Shown here: in pieces, positions 1 through 13,200 of the stretch | How positions within the stretch are numbered: position 1 is the first letter of the stretch | Layout: each line of letters opens with the position of its first letter | DNA from: Lingula anatina | Taxonomy: Eukaryota > Animalia > Brachiopoda | Assembly: GCA_051362555.1 (NCBI GenBank) | Contig: CM120641.1 | Location: 12,524,001 to 12,588,000, forward strand | Reading direction: 5' to 3' | DNA: 64,000 bases | Made by a program: the position numbers and the translations under genes | The notes under the pieces: model-generated | The model's input: only the letters and a program-made list of their open reading frames with translations | Told to the model about the DNA's origin: nothing | Database searches by the model: none

Positions 1-1002
1 ATGACAGCCTAAGTACGGTTATAAGTTGGGTAACAATCACCATGTCATTTAGGGATTTATTGATTTTATGTCATATTGACTTATTAAATGCTTCATACAG
101 TACTTCAATGGATAAGATGAAGTGAACAATATTCAAACTTTAATTAGGATCACGGATTTAAGCCAGTCTCTTTAAAATGTGTTCTATGTTTCCATATTTT
201 CTAAGGAGGGTGTTCAATATTAACTTGAGTACAATATGACTCGTATAAGGTAGATGGTCAAAAGAGGGCACAAAATGCCTTGAAAATGCCCTGAATTTGG
301 AGCCAGGATTCTAAGAAATTTTTAGTATCTGTTCGACTTGTCACTCTGGTGCATGACTCCAACTGCTTGAGATATGTTATGCTGCCTCAGTTATCCCTGG
401 TGCTCCTATGACCTTTTCCAATACAGTTATGAAAGCGAGTTTTCCATGTCAGAGTATATTAGGTTGTAGAGTAAACTGCGGGTGGATGTTTGCTTGAAGC
501 ATCTTTGAACATGAGTGTTACATTTTCCACTTACGAAGTAGTATCCAATTAGTAAGTTATTAACATGCGGAAACTGTTCTTTTGATGAAACATGTCCAAG
601 AAGATTAGGGATTATTTGGAAGTGTTTGAATGTTTGTTGGTGTGTTGTGTAAAAGTGAATAAAAAATTTTAATGGTGGTGTTCAGTTAACTACAGTATGT
701 TAAGTGTTTTAATTGTAAAAGTTGATTTATTTTCAAGATAAGAAAGGGCCAGGATGAAGTGAAATAATTTTTGGAAATTTTAGTCACAAATTTTAATATT
801 TTTTGCTCATTTTCCTTTTTTTCTATTAAAATGAAGAAGTGCTTTTATTCATGATATTAATTGGCTGTTCTAAATTTGAAAATAAGATTTATTTCAGTTT
901 TGTGACAACAGAAAATAACATCAAATTTTTGGTTATGTCACTTATCTAGAATGAGTGGTCTTTTATTTGCAAGCATTTAGAACAGTTTTTTTTTCTTTGC
1001 AG

Positions 1003-1208
1003 GTCACTTGGTTCTTCAACGGTGAACCTATTGTTAGAAAAGAATACAGAATCATCATGGAGAGTGATCGCCACACCCTCTATATACAGGAGGTGCGCCC
1101 TGAAGACGCAGGCAGGTTTTCTGTATCAGCAGAGAATGCCTCTGGCAAAGCAACATGCTCAGCTCTCCTGGTAATGGAGGGTACTCCAGGTGTTACCTCT
1201 CCTACAAG
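1003..1208 (+). CDS. Exon, Ig C-terminal half (VTWFFNG...PGVTSPTR)
   Basis: ttgcag|GTC; AG|gtgaat; phase 0-2, matches next acceptor. Confidence 0.85.
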
Positions 1209-4200
1209 GTGAATATAAGAATGAATCTTTACTTTTCTTATAACCCGTTGTGCTACATATAGAACTAACTACAGAAAACTGTTGAAAAATATTACACTTG
1301 TCAAAGAGACAGAATTTGAAGATAACTAAATGGAGAAGAGGAAAAGAGAAATGCACAATATTATTATGGTGCTCAAGAAAGTTCCTGTGACATGTTCCAC
1401 AACATGCTTCCAGTTTTTCTTGTTGAAGTTGGTCTAAGCTCAAAATAGTTATGTAAAGAAAACATACAGTATCCATAAGTTATGGGGAATAAAAAAGAAA
1501 TCAACCTTTTTAAACCTCTTCTCTCTCACCTGTAGGCAAATGGTGTCCCCGGTTGCCCAGGCCCCAGTGTCTCCACATGCCACAATGAAACAGACCCGAA
1601 CCATTACTAGGGAGGAGAGAGAGGTAATCTACAGAGAGATGGAATACGAAGGTCAAGTGGACAGGGGTCAGTACACAACCACTCTCCAGAGGAAGGACAC
1701 CGAGACCACCAAGGCTTTACCCTGGGAGAAACCCCGGGATGAAACATATCAGTCAACCATGGAGCAGCAGCTGAAACCCAAGTTTCAGCCCATTGACATG
1801 ACTATTGCTATCCCAGTGGCTCCCAAGTTTATCGAGCCCATTAAGAGCATTGCTGCCAGAGAGGGAACACAAGTCACTTTCCAAGGCTGTGTCACTGGTA
1901 AGTTTATTTATCATTGGGGTGTTTTGGAAATTATTATTATTTTTGTGACTGGGTGTAGTGCCTTGGTGAGGACACAGAAGATAGACAGTTGAGCAGGAAT
2001 ATTGAATTGAAATTTTCTGTTTTTAGCAAATGACCTGTGAATTTGTCACAAATGAGGCATTGATTCAGTTTAAACAGTGAAATTACTACCTGTGCAAAAA
2101 AAGAAAAATCAATAAAAATCTGGATGCGTATACTTAAGTGACCTTTTTTCCTGCCAAGATGGTTTATTTTCAAGTTTGGGATATGTCATTAAAGCATTCT
2201 TCAAATTGCCCAGAGCATAACTTTGCAATGAATCCCTGCATTCTCCTTTCATTTCCTGGCTTAAATGCTATCAATTAGACCTAAAAAGAGCACCATGAAT
2301 TAGCTACAGGGAGTCCCCAACATTTTCAGATTGAATTAAGTTTAAGGCGTTAGAATAAAATGTAATGTAGTTTATGACCTGGGATTTTTTTTGAAGTATT
2401 AAAACCTGGTATGTTATAAAGCTGTTGCAGAGTGTGTGTGGTGTGTGTGAGGTGTACAGATGTTAGGTGACAGTGTGAGGTTTGAAACATGGAGGAGAAA
2501 GGAGGGTTTGGTAGTGTGTAACTGCAAGTATATGGGCAGGAATTGCTGAACATCTGCTTCTTTTTCAACCATGGACATCTATTCTTGTTTTTACTATGGG
2601 GGTAGGCAAACTCGGAAACCTGTATTCAGCCCTTAAAAGATATAGTGCAAAAATGGTGGATTGTGCTGTGTGATTTTAAACTAAGCATCAGTAATGATCC
2701 ATTTAAGAAGTACCAACCTGTATTAACCAGTGAACGGTGCAAAGAATTAAAAAGAGACGAGTGGCAATTGAACAAGATTTTGTTTGTATTGGTTGAATTT
2801 TACCACTTATGAAAGAACAATAATGATATTTGTGATAATTTTCAGGCAAGCCTGAGCCCACCATCAAATGGTACAAGGAAGGCAAAGACATCACCCACCG
2901 ACCAGATGTCCAGACATCGTACCGTGATGGACGGGTTGCCCTTACCATTCCAAAGATTACGAAACAGGACCAAGGCAATTTTACCTGTACAGCATCCAAT
3001 ACTGCAGGCATGGCTTCCAGTAGTTCAGAGCTCATTGTGAAAGGTATGCTGGTTGTGATATATCTGTTTAGATCTTAGATGAAAATAGGCACACTTGTAA
3101 AGATAGGTGATACAGGAGTTCATGTCATCATCATCACCTTGAGTGAATGAGTTGAGCACTTGGTGGTTGTCCAAGGAAGCTCTCCAGTATGTATTTAGTA
3201 GGGTCTCCAAAATTACCAAACATTTTAAACAGTTAAATACCACAGTTTACAAGACTTTAAACCAGAATAAGAGAAACCGATCAATTTTATTGCTCAGGGA
3301 AATTTGAAAAGTTTCATATATCGAGTCAAGATAAAAGAAATGATAAAAAATTTTCTCTTCCCACTATTTTACGAGACATAATTGTAGGTTTAAAAAGTTT
3401 TAGATTAAGTTTGAGTCATAACTTCACTGCTAGAAACATTCGATTGACAAAAGGTAGTATTGTATAGACACTTTTAAGGTTATCTAAACATCCAATTTTC
3501 ATTTGGCTGTTAGCATTTGCTTATTGGAATGTTTTGCAATTGAGCACATCATATTAAACAGCAGAGACATTAAAACAGTCTCCAGTTTCTAAACCTGTCC
3601 AAGATTCATCATTTTGAAGTACTGTGGCATGTAATGCCTTATTGAACGAGATCAATTTGAAGAGCACTTATCATTTATCACAATTCCAAGAAGGCTACAG
3701 AAAATACTGAGAATTTTCCAAACTGTATTCTCTTTCTTTGACCTACCATTTTCGTTGTTTTTGCCTTTCAGTTTGTTTATCATTTCCAATAGTTAATTTA
3801 GTAGAAACAGGATTAAATAAGACTTGTCGCAATGGAGAGAAGAGATGGAGAAAGTGTGTGTGTTTGTTTTTAGTACTCTCTGGCTCTTGTTACCTGTCTG
3901 TGTATTAATAGAGTCTCCATATATGGCTGGTAGGGTGCAGGCAAGGATTAGCTGTACTGTGGTATATAGTGGTGGGTGGAAGGCAGCATGAGGCAGGCCA
4001 CACACACCTGGCTGCAGCATGCTGTAATCACTGATCCAGCAATTGGTCTCAACATAAATTTTTGGTCGATGAAGGGGCGTTGCAGGGAAATGCCTGGGGT
4101 TTATTCACTTTGAGTTAAAATCTGATAGCTTGCAAGCTAATTGTAAAATGAAAATGGGTTCAAGCCCACTCGAAAAAAATCTTTATAGATAAAGGGTTAG

Positions 4201-7200
4201 GTGTAAGCCTGCACTACAAAAAGCAGTTTCATGTTTTTTGACCAAGTAAATAATTCGGGTAATTTTAAGAGATCTGCTGCGCTGTGAACTACGAGCATCA
4301 TTAAGTGGATAATTTAAAAAAATTATATTTAAATCTGATAAACATAAAAATATAGTGAGGATAAAGATAAAGATAAAACTATTCTTTTCTTCACCACCCA
4401 TATATTCATGAATACAAATGGTTTCACACTCACCTTTTTCTCAAATGTTAATCAACATTTCAGAGGAAGTGGTATAAAGTGAGCATCTTTTTTTTGTTAT
4501 TGTTGAAGGTCAGATTGGTATACATTTGGATCAGACGCTGCTTGTTAGACCTTTGGTTGCATACACTGAGAATGTCAATTAGCCACGATAATTACATATA
4601 CATCACTATACTTTCTGAGAAATGATTCGAGAAAATACCTGTTCTGCTGATTACAAGATCTTTGGCTGTTTGACCTTTAGTTATGAAACTTGTATTACAT
4701 ATATTTATAGCATTTTCTGCTTTTTATGCCAGTTTTCATATGATATGATTGGTTATTGATATTTTAAAAGAATATAGACAAAATATTCCTAGAAGGAAAT
4801 ATTCATTTTCTTTTTAAGTAGTTATCGTATTGTTGGCCATTTGGTTTTGTAGTAAGGTGTTCTGTAATTTTTTATATTTTACGCCACATGGTAAGTTGCT
4901 CAATATTGCACCTTATTCTACATTTAAGTGATACTGCAGGCAATATAGAAAGAAGCTCAGTAAGGATCTGCCTCGTGCCTGTCTAAATAGACTCATCTTA
5001 AGAGATATACCTTGAGAAGTTTCATAAGAGATTTACCTATACATATTTCTGTAAATTTTTCATTGTATTTTTAATGCAAGACTTAATGAGGAAATGTCAA
5101 GAATTGAATTAATGATTTACTATAAGACTGCTATGTTTTAAATATGCTCCTGGGGGCTTTGAGAAAACATATCAGTTGAGATGTGATTTATTGGCCCTTG
5201 AAACACCTGGGAATTTGCTGGCTTTATCTAAATGGCTCATGACCACAAACGATAACAAAACACATGGAGCAACCCATTAACATCACGCACTTAAGCTGTC
5301 ACATCTTGAGATATATACAAAAAAAAACTATATAGATTATTAAAGACATTTAACATATTCCATAAGTTCTCAATGAGAGCAGAACCTGCTGGGATTATTA
5401 CTGGTAAACTGACAGTGGAAGTTGTGCAGAAATCTGATCCCAATGGCTGTAGTTGTATTCAGCTTTCCCTATTTTGCCAGCTTTCACCTGCGCCTTTGCA
5501 GCTGACAAGCACCTAATCTTAGCCTGGCATTCCCAGGATGCTACAGGGGGCTCAGCACTGCTGCTGCCACTGCTCCAGCCCTCTTCTCACTCACACACTT
5601 ACACCGGCTCTGGAACTGTACATAGGTCTCCCTGAACACCAACAGTCAACTTTTTGTATATATATATACACCTAGCCGCATAGTGTTAGGCTTAACATGG
5701 TCGGCTCTTGTCTTGATTAAGTGTTGGACAAAGGACTTTCGATTTTCGTATTCTTTACTGTGAGGTCTTGGGGATTATTATACGATACTTGGATTATTAC
5801 AATAGAAAGCCATGTGGCAGGAGTTAATTCAGTGGAGTCTGGGGGTGCCAGACCCAGTAGGCAAGTGGAGTGTTGTTTTTGATATTGTTTTTCTAAGATT
5901 ATGGTTATGATATATAAGACCCTTATGGGTATCCTTTGGTTATCTTTAGTTATAGAATAAAAAGTTTCATAATTTAATTGACCTGATTTTGATTTTGTTT
6001 ATGTAAAAGTTGTTGTGGTATTTAATATGATAATAACATTGGTACTTACACATAATTATATGGATATTTTTGAAGAAAAATGTTAATAACTATTTTTATT
6101 CAGTCATCAGAGATCTTTAGTATAATTTTGTTTTGATGACAGTACCAACTGATATTTTTATATTATGAAATATAATAAGAAAACACTAGAACACAACTTC
6201 ATGAATTGAAAAAGTTCAAACTATTCTATTACAGTAAAGTTTGTTTTTTTAAAAATCCTTGTACCCTGATATTTTTCTCGATAAAGGCTATGATTAATAT
6301 TTTAACAGCAAATAGTTACGTGAAGAAATGTTTTAGGATTAATGAGCTATTTCTACATTGACATTCTTTTTACAAAATCTTATTTTCACTTGCAGCCAAC
6401 ATGATTCCGCCCAGCTTCCCTCAGCGTCTCCAGAGCCGTGAAGTTCACGAGGGAAAGGCGGTGAAGCTGATGGTGCGTGTTGCAGGAACACCAACACCCA
6501 CCGTCTCATGGTATCGTGAGGGCGCACACATTATCAGTTCGCCTGATTTTGAAATCCTGCAGGAAGGGGATCTACACACGCTGCACATTCCCGAAGTTTT
6601 CTATGAGGATTCTGGGAAATTTACCGTCGCCGCTGTTAACCCAGCTGGTGAAGCAAGATGCACGGCAGAGCTGATTGTAGAAGGTACATACAATATATGT
6701 ATCTTGAATATTGTCTCAGGAAATAATAGTCAGACTGAAAAACCTATGTTATGGACCTGCTCCAAAATATTTTTTTGTAATTTTTCTGAGATTTTGGCAG
6801 ACAGGATAATGACAGTAAAAATAAAACTTCACAAAGGCCCATGACATAGGCCACATAGAAATAGCACTGATTTTTTATGACATTCCCAAATGATCTATTC
6901 AGTCTGTCTGACACTACCTTATTCCTAATGAACCTAACATATAATAACCATTCTGTGGTTCAGAGAAAAGTAACAGCCATTAGCCTGCTTGAGGGATATT
7001 TAGAGCAAGCATTATATCAAGGTTACTCTTTGGAGGGCACAGGGTTGTTTCTAAAAGGTTCCCTGTAGTGTCTGTATAATATGAGATTTGTATGATGTTT
7101 AAGTATAGAGGATACTACACCTGCCGCCTGTATGTAACTTTTCCTAGACATATAGCACCTATCTCAGTTATCCTGCTGTAATCCAAGCTAGATGCAGAAT

Positions 7201-10200
7201 TTATATATATAGCATATTATGCTGTTTCTTTACCCTTCACCTGAATAATGTTTGATTGGCTTCAAAACTAACTTAAAGTACAGTGACTTTAGCAACTATG
7301 GGGTCATGATATATTTATGAAGTTAAAGCAGTTTATGATTTTGATAATCTGAGCCATGTTTCTGCAGACCCTAACACCTGGAAAATATAAAACTATAGTA
7401 GCTTCCTTCCTAATTATATTTATAGGATATATCAAATATGGCTCATCAATTTCTGTAGATTTAGAACCTGATGAAAGTAACAACTTTTAAAATGAACAAA
7501 ACACTCAAGATAGTTGATTAAATTTTTATCATATCATGCTTTAACCAATTTTTGCACTTTTTTAAACAAGAACAAGTTTGTCATTAACTATTGATCACCA
7601 TAACATCATGGTATTAGCTTCACACAAGAATGAATGACCTGGCCCTAAGTTAAAGAAGAAATTGAATTTGTCTCCCTTTATAAACACAGTTCTGAAATGA
7701 ATTTATGATACACCCTTTTTATGATATTGTTAATAGTTATTACATGTAATTAGTGAATGTGTCTATCCTCTCCTAGTCCCCACTGACAGGGAGCGTACGT
7801 CCCCCTCACCCCCAAGACCTTGGCAGCAGGTGCAAGAGACAACTAGGAAGATAGAACAGACTGTCTTCCTGTCTCAAGAGAAGAAAGTACCACACAAACC
7901 GGTGGCTCCACCTACACCAAAAGTTGCTGTGGCACCACAGAAACCAGTGGCAGCGCCACCACACCCACCGGCACCAAAGTATGCCAAGATGGGCCCTGAA
8001 CCAGGGATGCCTAAGATAATGAAGGTGAGTGAATCCCTTGATGTGCTAAAAGATTTATCACAAGTATAAGCTCATGGTTCAGTTACTGTTAGGAGTTGGG
8101 AATGATAACTTTAAGATAATCTTAAGAATATCTTGTTCTCTTTCCATGTTCTCTATCTTGTTCTCTTTCCATGATCATGAGGTTTAAAATGATGTACGGT
8201 GGTTCTTGGTTATCAGTTAATCATAACATAAAAATAGCATTTTAATTCAAGTGCCATAATAATGTTTGGATATTTTATTCTTTCTATGGTCATTAGGTTT
8301 TTCAATATTTCATAATATGAAAGTAACGTTCACATTATTTCAGCCTCTCCGCGACCATGTGGTACGAGAGGGCCACAAGGTTGTGCTGGAGGTCCATGTC
8401 CAGGCCGTCCCAGAGCCCATCATCAAGTGGTACAGGGAGGAGGTTGAGATCCACCACTCACCAGACTTCATGCTACACTACAGCAAGGGCATTGCAACAC
8501 TCACCATTGCTGAATGCTTCCCGGAGGATTCTGGGAAATACGTGTGTGTGGCTACCAATGCTCATGGGTCTCAGAGGACACAGTGCTTCTTGAGGGTTGA
8601 AGGTAAGATAAATAGGGATTTAAGAATTTTGAATGGCAATTTGAGATAAAATGGAACTATTGACATGGATTGTTGAAAGATTTTGTTTCAAATTTTTGGA
8701 ATAAAAAAAAAGAATCCTTAAATTTGTGTGTAATTAAGTTTATTTTTCTCTTGCTAGGTGCCCCAGTCAAACAGGCACCACCTCCTCCCCCCAAACCAGT
8801 GAAAGCACCACCAGTGCAGAAGATAGCAGCACCACCACCAGCTCAGAAGGTGGCAGCACCAGCTCCACCACCACCAGTACAAAGGGTGGCACCAGCACCA
8901 GTTGCACCACCAGCACCACCGCCGCCACCTCCGTCACCAAAGAAAAAAGCTAAGGGTGTGGTTCCACAGATTGTTGAGAAGCCGGTCAACCAACCCTTGT
9001 TGGAAGGACATCCGGCCATGTTTGCAACCCGTGTGACAGGTCAACCAACGCCAGAGGTCATCTGGAGCCACAGAGGACACCCTATCAAAGAGTCTACCAG
9101 GTAAGAATCTGTTGTATAGATTGTTGCAGATATGGTTATTTAGCTGATGAAATAGTGGCTTTTGTACAGTGGAGTGAATACTCCTTGTCAAAATATGAGT
9201 CAAAGTTCAGATTATTATATAAAATTAAAAAAGTGTCATTGGTGACTTTCCATTTAATGCAAATATGAAACTCCTTTAATCTGTCTGCATCACCAGACTC
9301 GGCAATGTATATTATTTGTGTTGCAAAAAAATTCACCATATGTCTTCACTTTTTCTAGACACAGAATAGATGTGGACGTCTTCACAGGGATCACTAGACT
9401 CCACATCAATGTGTGTTATCCCGAAGATGAGGGAGATTACACATGTACTGCAGTCAACCCAGTAGGGGAAAGCTCAGCCACTGCTTATCTACTAGGACAA
9501 GGTAATGATTGTAGTTTTGCAGACTTAAGAAACGGAAAAATTGTCATAAAATCTCATGATGCTTATACCGGTCATAAAAAATTATAGAAATCCAAATTTT
9601 TGTGCAGTTTTGATGGCTTGTCACAAAAGGATCTAGGAGTGATGTTGTGACTTGAAAATCTGTCTCACCTTGATGACAGCTTTCTTCTATGCTGTTGGAA
9701 ATGTTTGATATACCGGCCCTAGCATTGTCACAGTGAAACTTTTAGAGAACTGTTCACTCTATAAGGAATTGAGATATAAGAGGTGTTTATAACACTGTAT
9801 GAAACCATCACTTTTTGGCAAAATAAAAATCATTCCAAAGAATGCATTTGATATGAAAAGAAAAAGACAAACATCATCAACACCAGATATAACCAGTACC
9901 TTTCTCTGTTGTTATTCACCTAACTATACCATTTACATGATGGAATTCACAAGGGTGTGCTTCAGGTGTTGAATCTGTTATATAAATTTAGCTTAAGGTG
10001 TGATTTATCTGATAGCTTAAAATCTTCCCTTCAGTTTTAAATTATATGAGTCACTGTCTTGTCAGGAACTGAGTTTAAAACCATCATTCAACTGTACCAT
10101 TGAACTTAAGAGGCTCTTATCTTAGTGTCTGCTCTTTGATATTTGGAATTTGTGTGGGTTAGCACTCGTGGTTGATTTGTAAAGACCCACATATCATGGT

Positions 10201-13200
10201 TTGATTGGTTGTTATGAACTATTTTACTTGACAGGTAATTTGAGGTATTCAGTGTTCTGTCTTGAGTCAGACATGTATGTGATTACCTGTCTGGTTGAAA
10301 AAAAAAACTGCCTGAAGAAGTAGAAGTTTTTGTCACTTTTTAGCAGAATAGATTCTTCAATGCTTCATCTCCTGAAAGAAATGATAATTCTATTAAAATG
10401 ATTATACCCAATCTGCTGTACTTTTCTATAATTAAATTGAGTCTTTAAAGATACAAGTAGTCAGACGTAGCTATGAACATATAATATAGGTCATGTCATG
10501 AAACTTTACATATTTTTTTGAAAACTTTGTTTCCCCTGATGTAGGTAAATTCACAGAATGGCAAAGAGAAGAAGAGATGGCTAAGAGAAAAGCTCTAGAA
10601 ATGGAGAAGCAGCGCTCCCTGGTGTCAGAACTAGAAACCAGGATGACGTCTCCATTGCCCAAGAAGGCAGTCCCAGAATTCTTCAAGCCAAAGAAAGAAC
10701 CCACTTACATGTCTGATGTCTCCATGACTTCAGATGATGAGGCAAGGAGAAGGACACCAACTGGTCCACCTGTAAGTACAATATGCTTTCATGTTTGATA
10801 AAGCTTAGTTTCATTTTTAAAACAAAGTGATTGAATGATTGAAAATATCCTAGAGGATTTATTTTGAATTCATTGAAAGAATATTTAAAAGAAAAAGAAT
10901 CACAATCCAGGTACTCTGTTATGGTTGCTCTTATTTTTAAAGAGTAGCAAATTTATGTAGTATAGTTCATCATTTTTCATGATTTGTGTATTTCATTGTA
11001 GCACTTCAAAGTGTCCAAATTTGAAGAACGTTTGATGACAGAGATTGACGTCCGTGATGGTCGTACTACCAGTGCCAGTGAGGCAGAGTATGAGTCTGAG
11101 CCTCTAGACAGGAGTGTCTCTGACCGTCTGGCCAAGGCCCCAGAAATAGTGACCAGCATGAAGAACTTTAAGCTGATGGAGGGCAATGATGCTACATTTG
11201 TGTGCAGAGTAACTTCTCATCCCAGACCAAAGGTAGGCCAGGCCTGAACATGGTGGGAAGCTGGTATAGAGCATACAGTGTTGATTCATTGCATACAATG
11301 TTGTTTATGGTATACATTTTTGGGATGTGGTATATTCCATTCAGTTGGAAAAAATTTTGATTCTCATCTGTGAATAGTGAAAGCATAAGAAAATTCTATT
11401 TGGAAAACATATAATGTTATAATTTTTTAATATGAAAGATGCTTAGGTAAATGGAACACATTTTAACTACTTGGTTTAGTATCTCAGCTAACACAGTCTT
11501 TTCCGTTTAAACTCAGATCCAATGGTTCAAGGATGGAAAACGGATCTATGCATCACCCCGCATAGAAATCAAGTTTTCACCTGATGGCTATGTGACTTTA
11601 CGTATCAAAGAAGCACGTCCCGATGACACAGGGTACTACACCATGCTAGCCATTAACACTGCTGGCAAGGCAACTTGCAGTGCCGAGCTCTATGTAGATG
11701 CCTTGCCTAAGATTGATGAGAGTTCTTATATTCGACCAGAGTCACTTGCTCGAATGAGAAGAAGGTAAGTGTTCATATAATCTTAGTTTATGAAATGAAA
11801 TAGTTTGTAAACTTCCTGCTCATATGACATTGTACATTAGGCAGCCTCCGCTTTTTGTTTTTTTCTGGTTTTTAGCTGTTAAGTTTTAACTGATGATGAC
11901 AGTGAAAAATAACTATTTATAACCAATAGATGCTGAACAATTATATTCTGTTTCAAAGAAATGATACTTGGTAAAGATAGCTCAAAACATTCCCTGTCTT
12001 ATGTTCTGCTTACTCCTTAAGAGAATATGGCCATTATCTAAGCATTGCAATTCTACCTTTTTATTGTAGAGAGAGCAAAACATCTGTCTCCTCATTTGAA
12101 GGCAGTGAAAGTGGCACTGAGGAGAGACACTTCAAGCCTCGTTTTAGACAAGTCCCACAAGACCTAGAGGTCAGAGAGGGTCACGTGGCCAGGTTTGACT
12201 GTATGGTATCTGGCCGCCCCCATCCTGCTGTGGAGTGGTACAGGAATGGAGTGCATATCTTGGATGATGCTGTGCACAAGGTGAGAGGCAGTTACTGTAG
12301 TAAGGGGAGGTGCCTCAAAGACACTTCAGACACTCAGGCCTTCCCAACTACCAGACTCGGCACCTACGGGTCCAGAATAAACCGGTATATCTGACCACAC
12401 TACCCGTTTTCAAGGTGTGTGTCAGATCGCATAAAAGAGTGTCATACCCTATCACAAATTCTGTAAGCCTACCTGTCATCTTGGTATCGCGCCTCGTTTT
12501 CGTCAAGTAGGAGTCGCATGAATACAACAGACGACCCCCTCAATCAGGGGGTGGAAACGTGCTACTTATATGATTAAGACGAGCCTAGCCGTCAGTACCG
12601 GTTATTGTTTTGTGACCTTGAGGAGCAATTAGGTTTGGTCGTTGCGGCACGCATCAACAGTAGTTGAACTACCACACCTGGGTCTTTTGTTTTTGACAAC
12701 TGTTCACTCGTCATCGAGGCGCTTGTTCAAGACTACAGGCTGATATCTACTAGTACTACCAGTGGCTTCATTAGTAACGTTCCCACAATACTTAAGTTTT
12801 CTGTCCGTGCGTACAAACCCTGAAAAAGGACAGCCTCGCTGACGAGAACAATGGACGTTTCTCACCCCTCTCTAGGATTACCCCTGCCCTCAATCTCGTC
12901 CATCCCGGTAGTCACGAAAATATTTAACCCCCGACAGAATATGCTTCTGCTATCAAAATTAGGTCTACTTTTCTAAATTAATATATAAGTTTGCAAGTTC
13001 TTATTTACAAAACATCAATGGCTATGTCCGAACCTAAATTTTATGTTAAAAATTGCGGTACTGTCAGATTTTAACATAAACAGAGAAAATTGCAGCAGCG
13101 CATGAATCTAGATGAGATGCACTACTTTCCAACCCCGCTTAGGATCATTGCTATCACATCGCGCACCAGGCAAAATCGGTGTGGTGGCTGATACTCTGTA

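Noticed and set aside
1181-1186. Alternative donor G|gtactc at the Ig end
   Set aside because: Phase 1 does not fit the phase-2 acceptor at 1536; donor 1208 does
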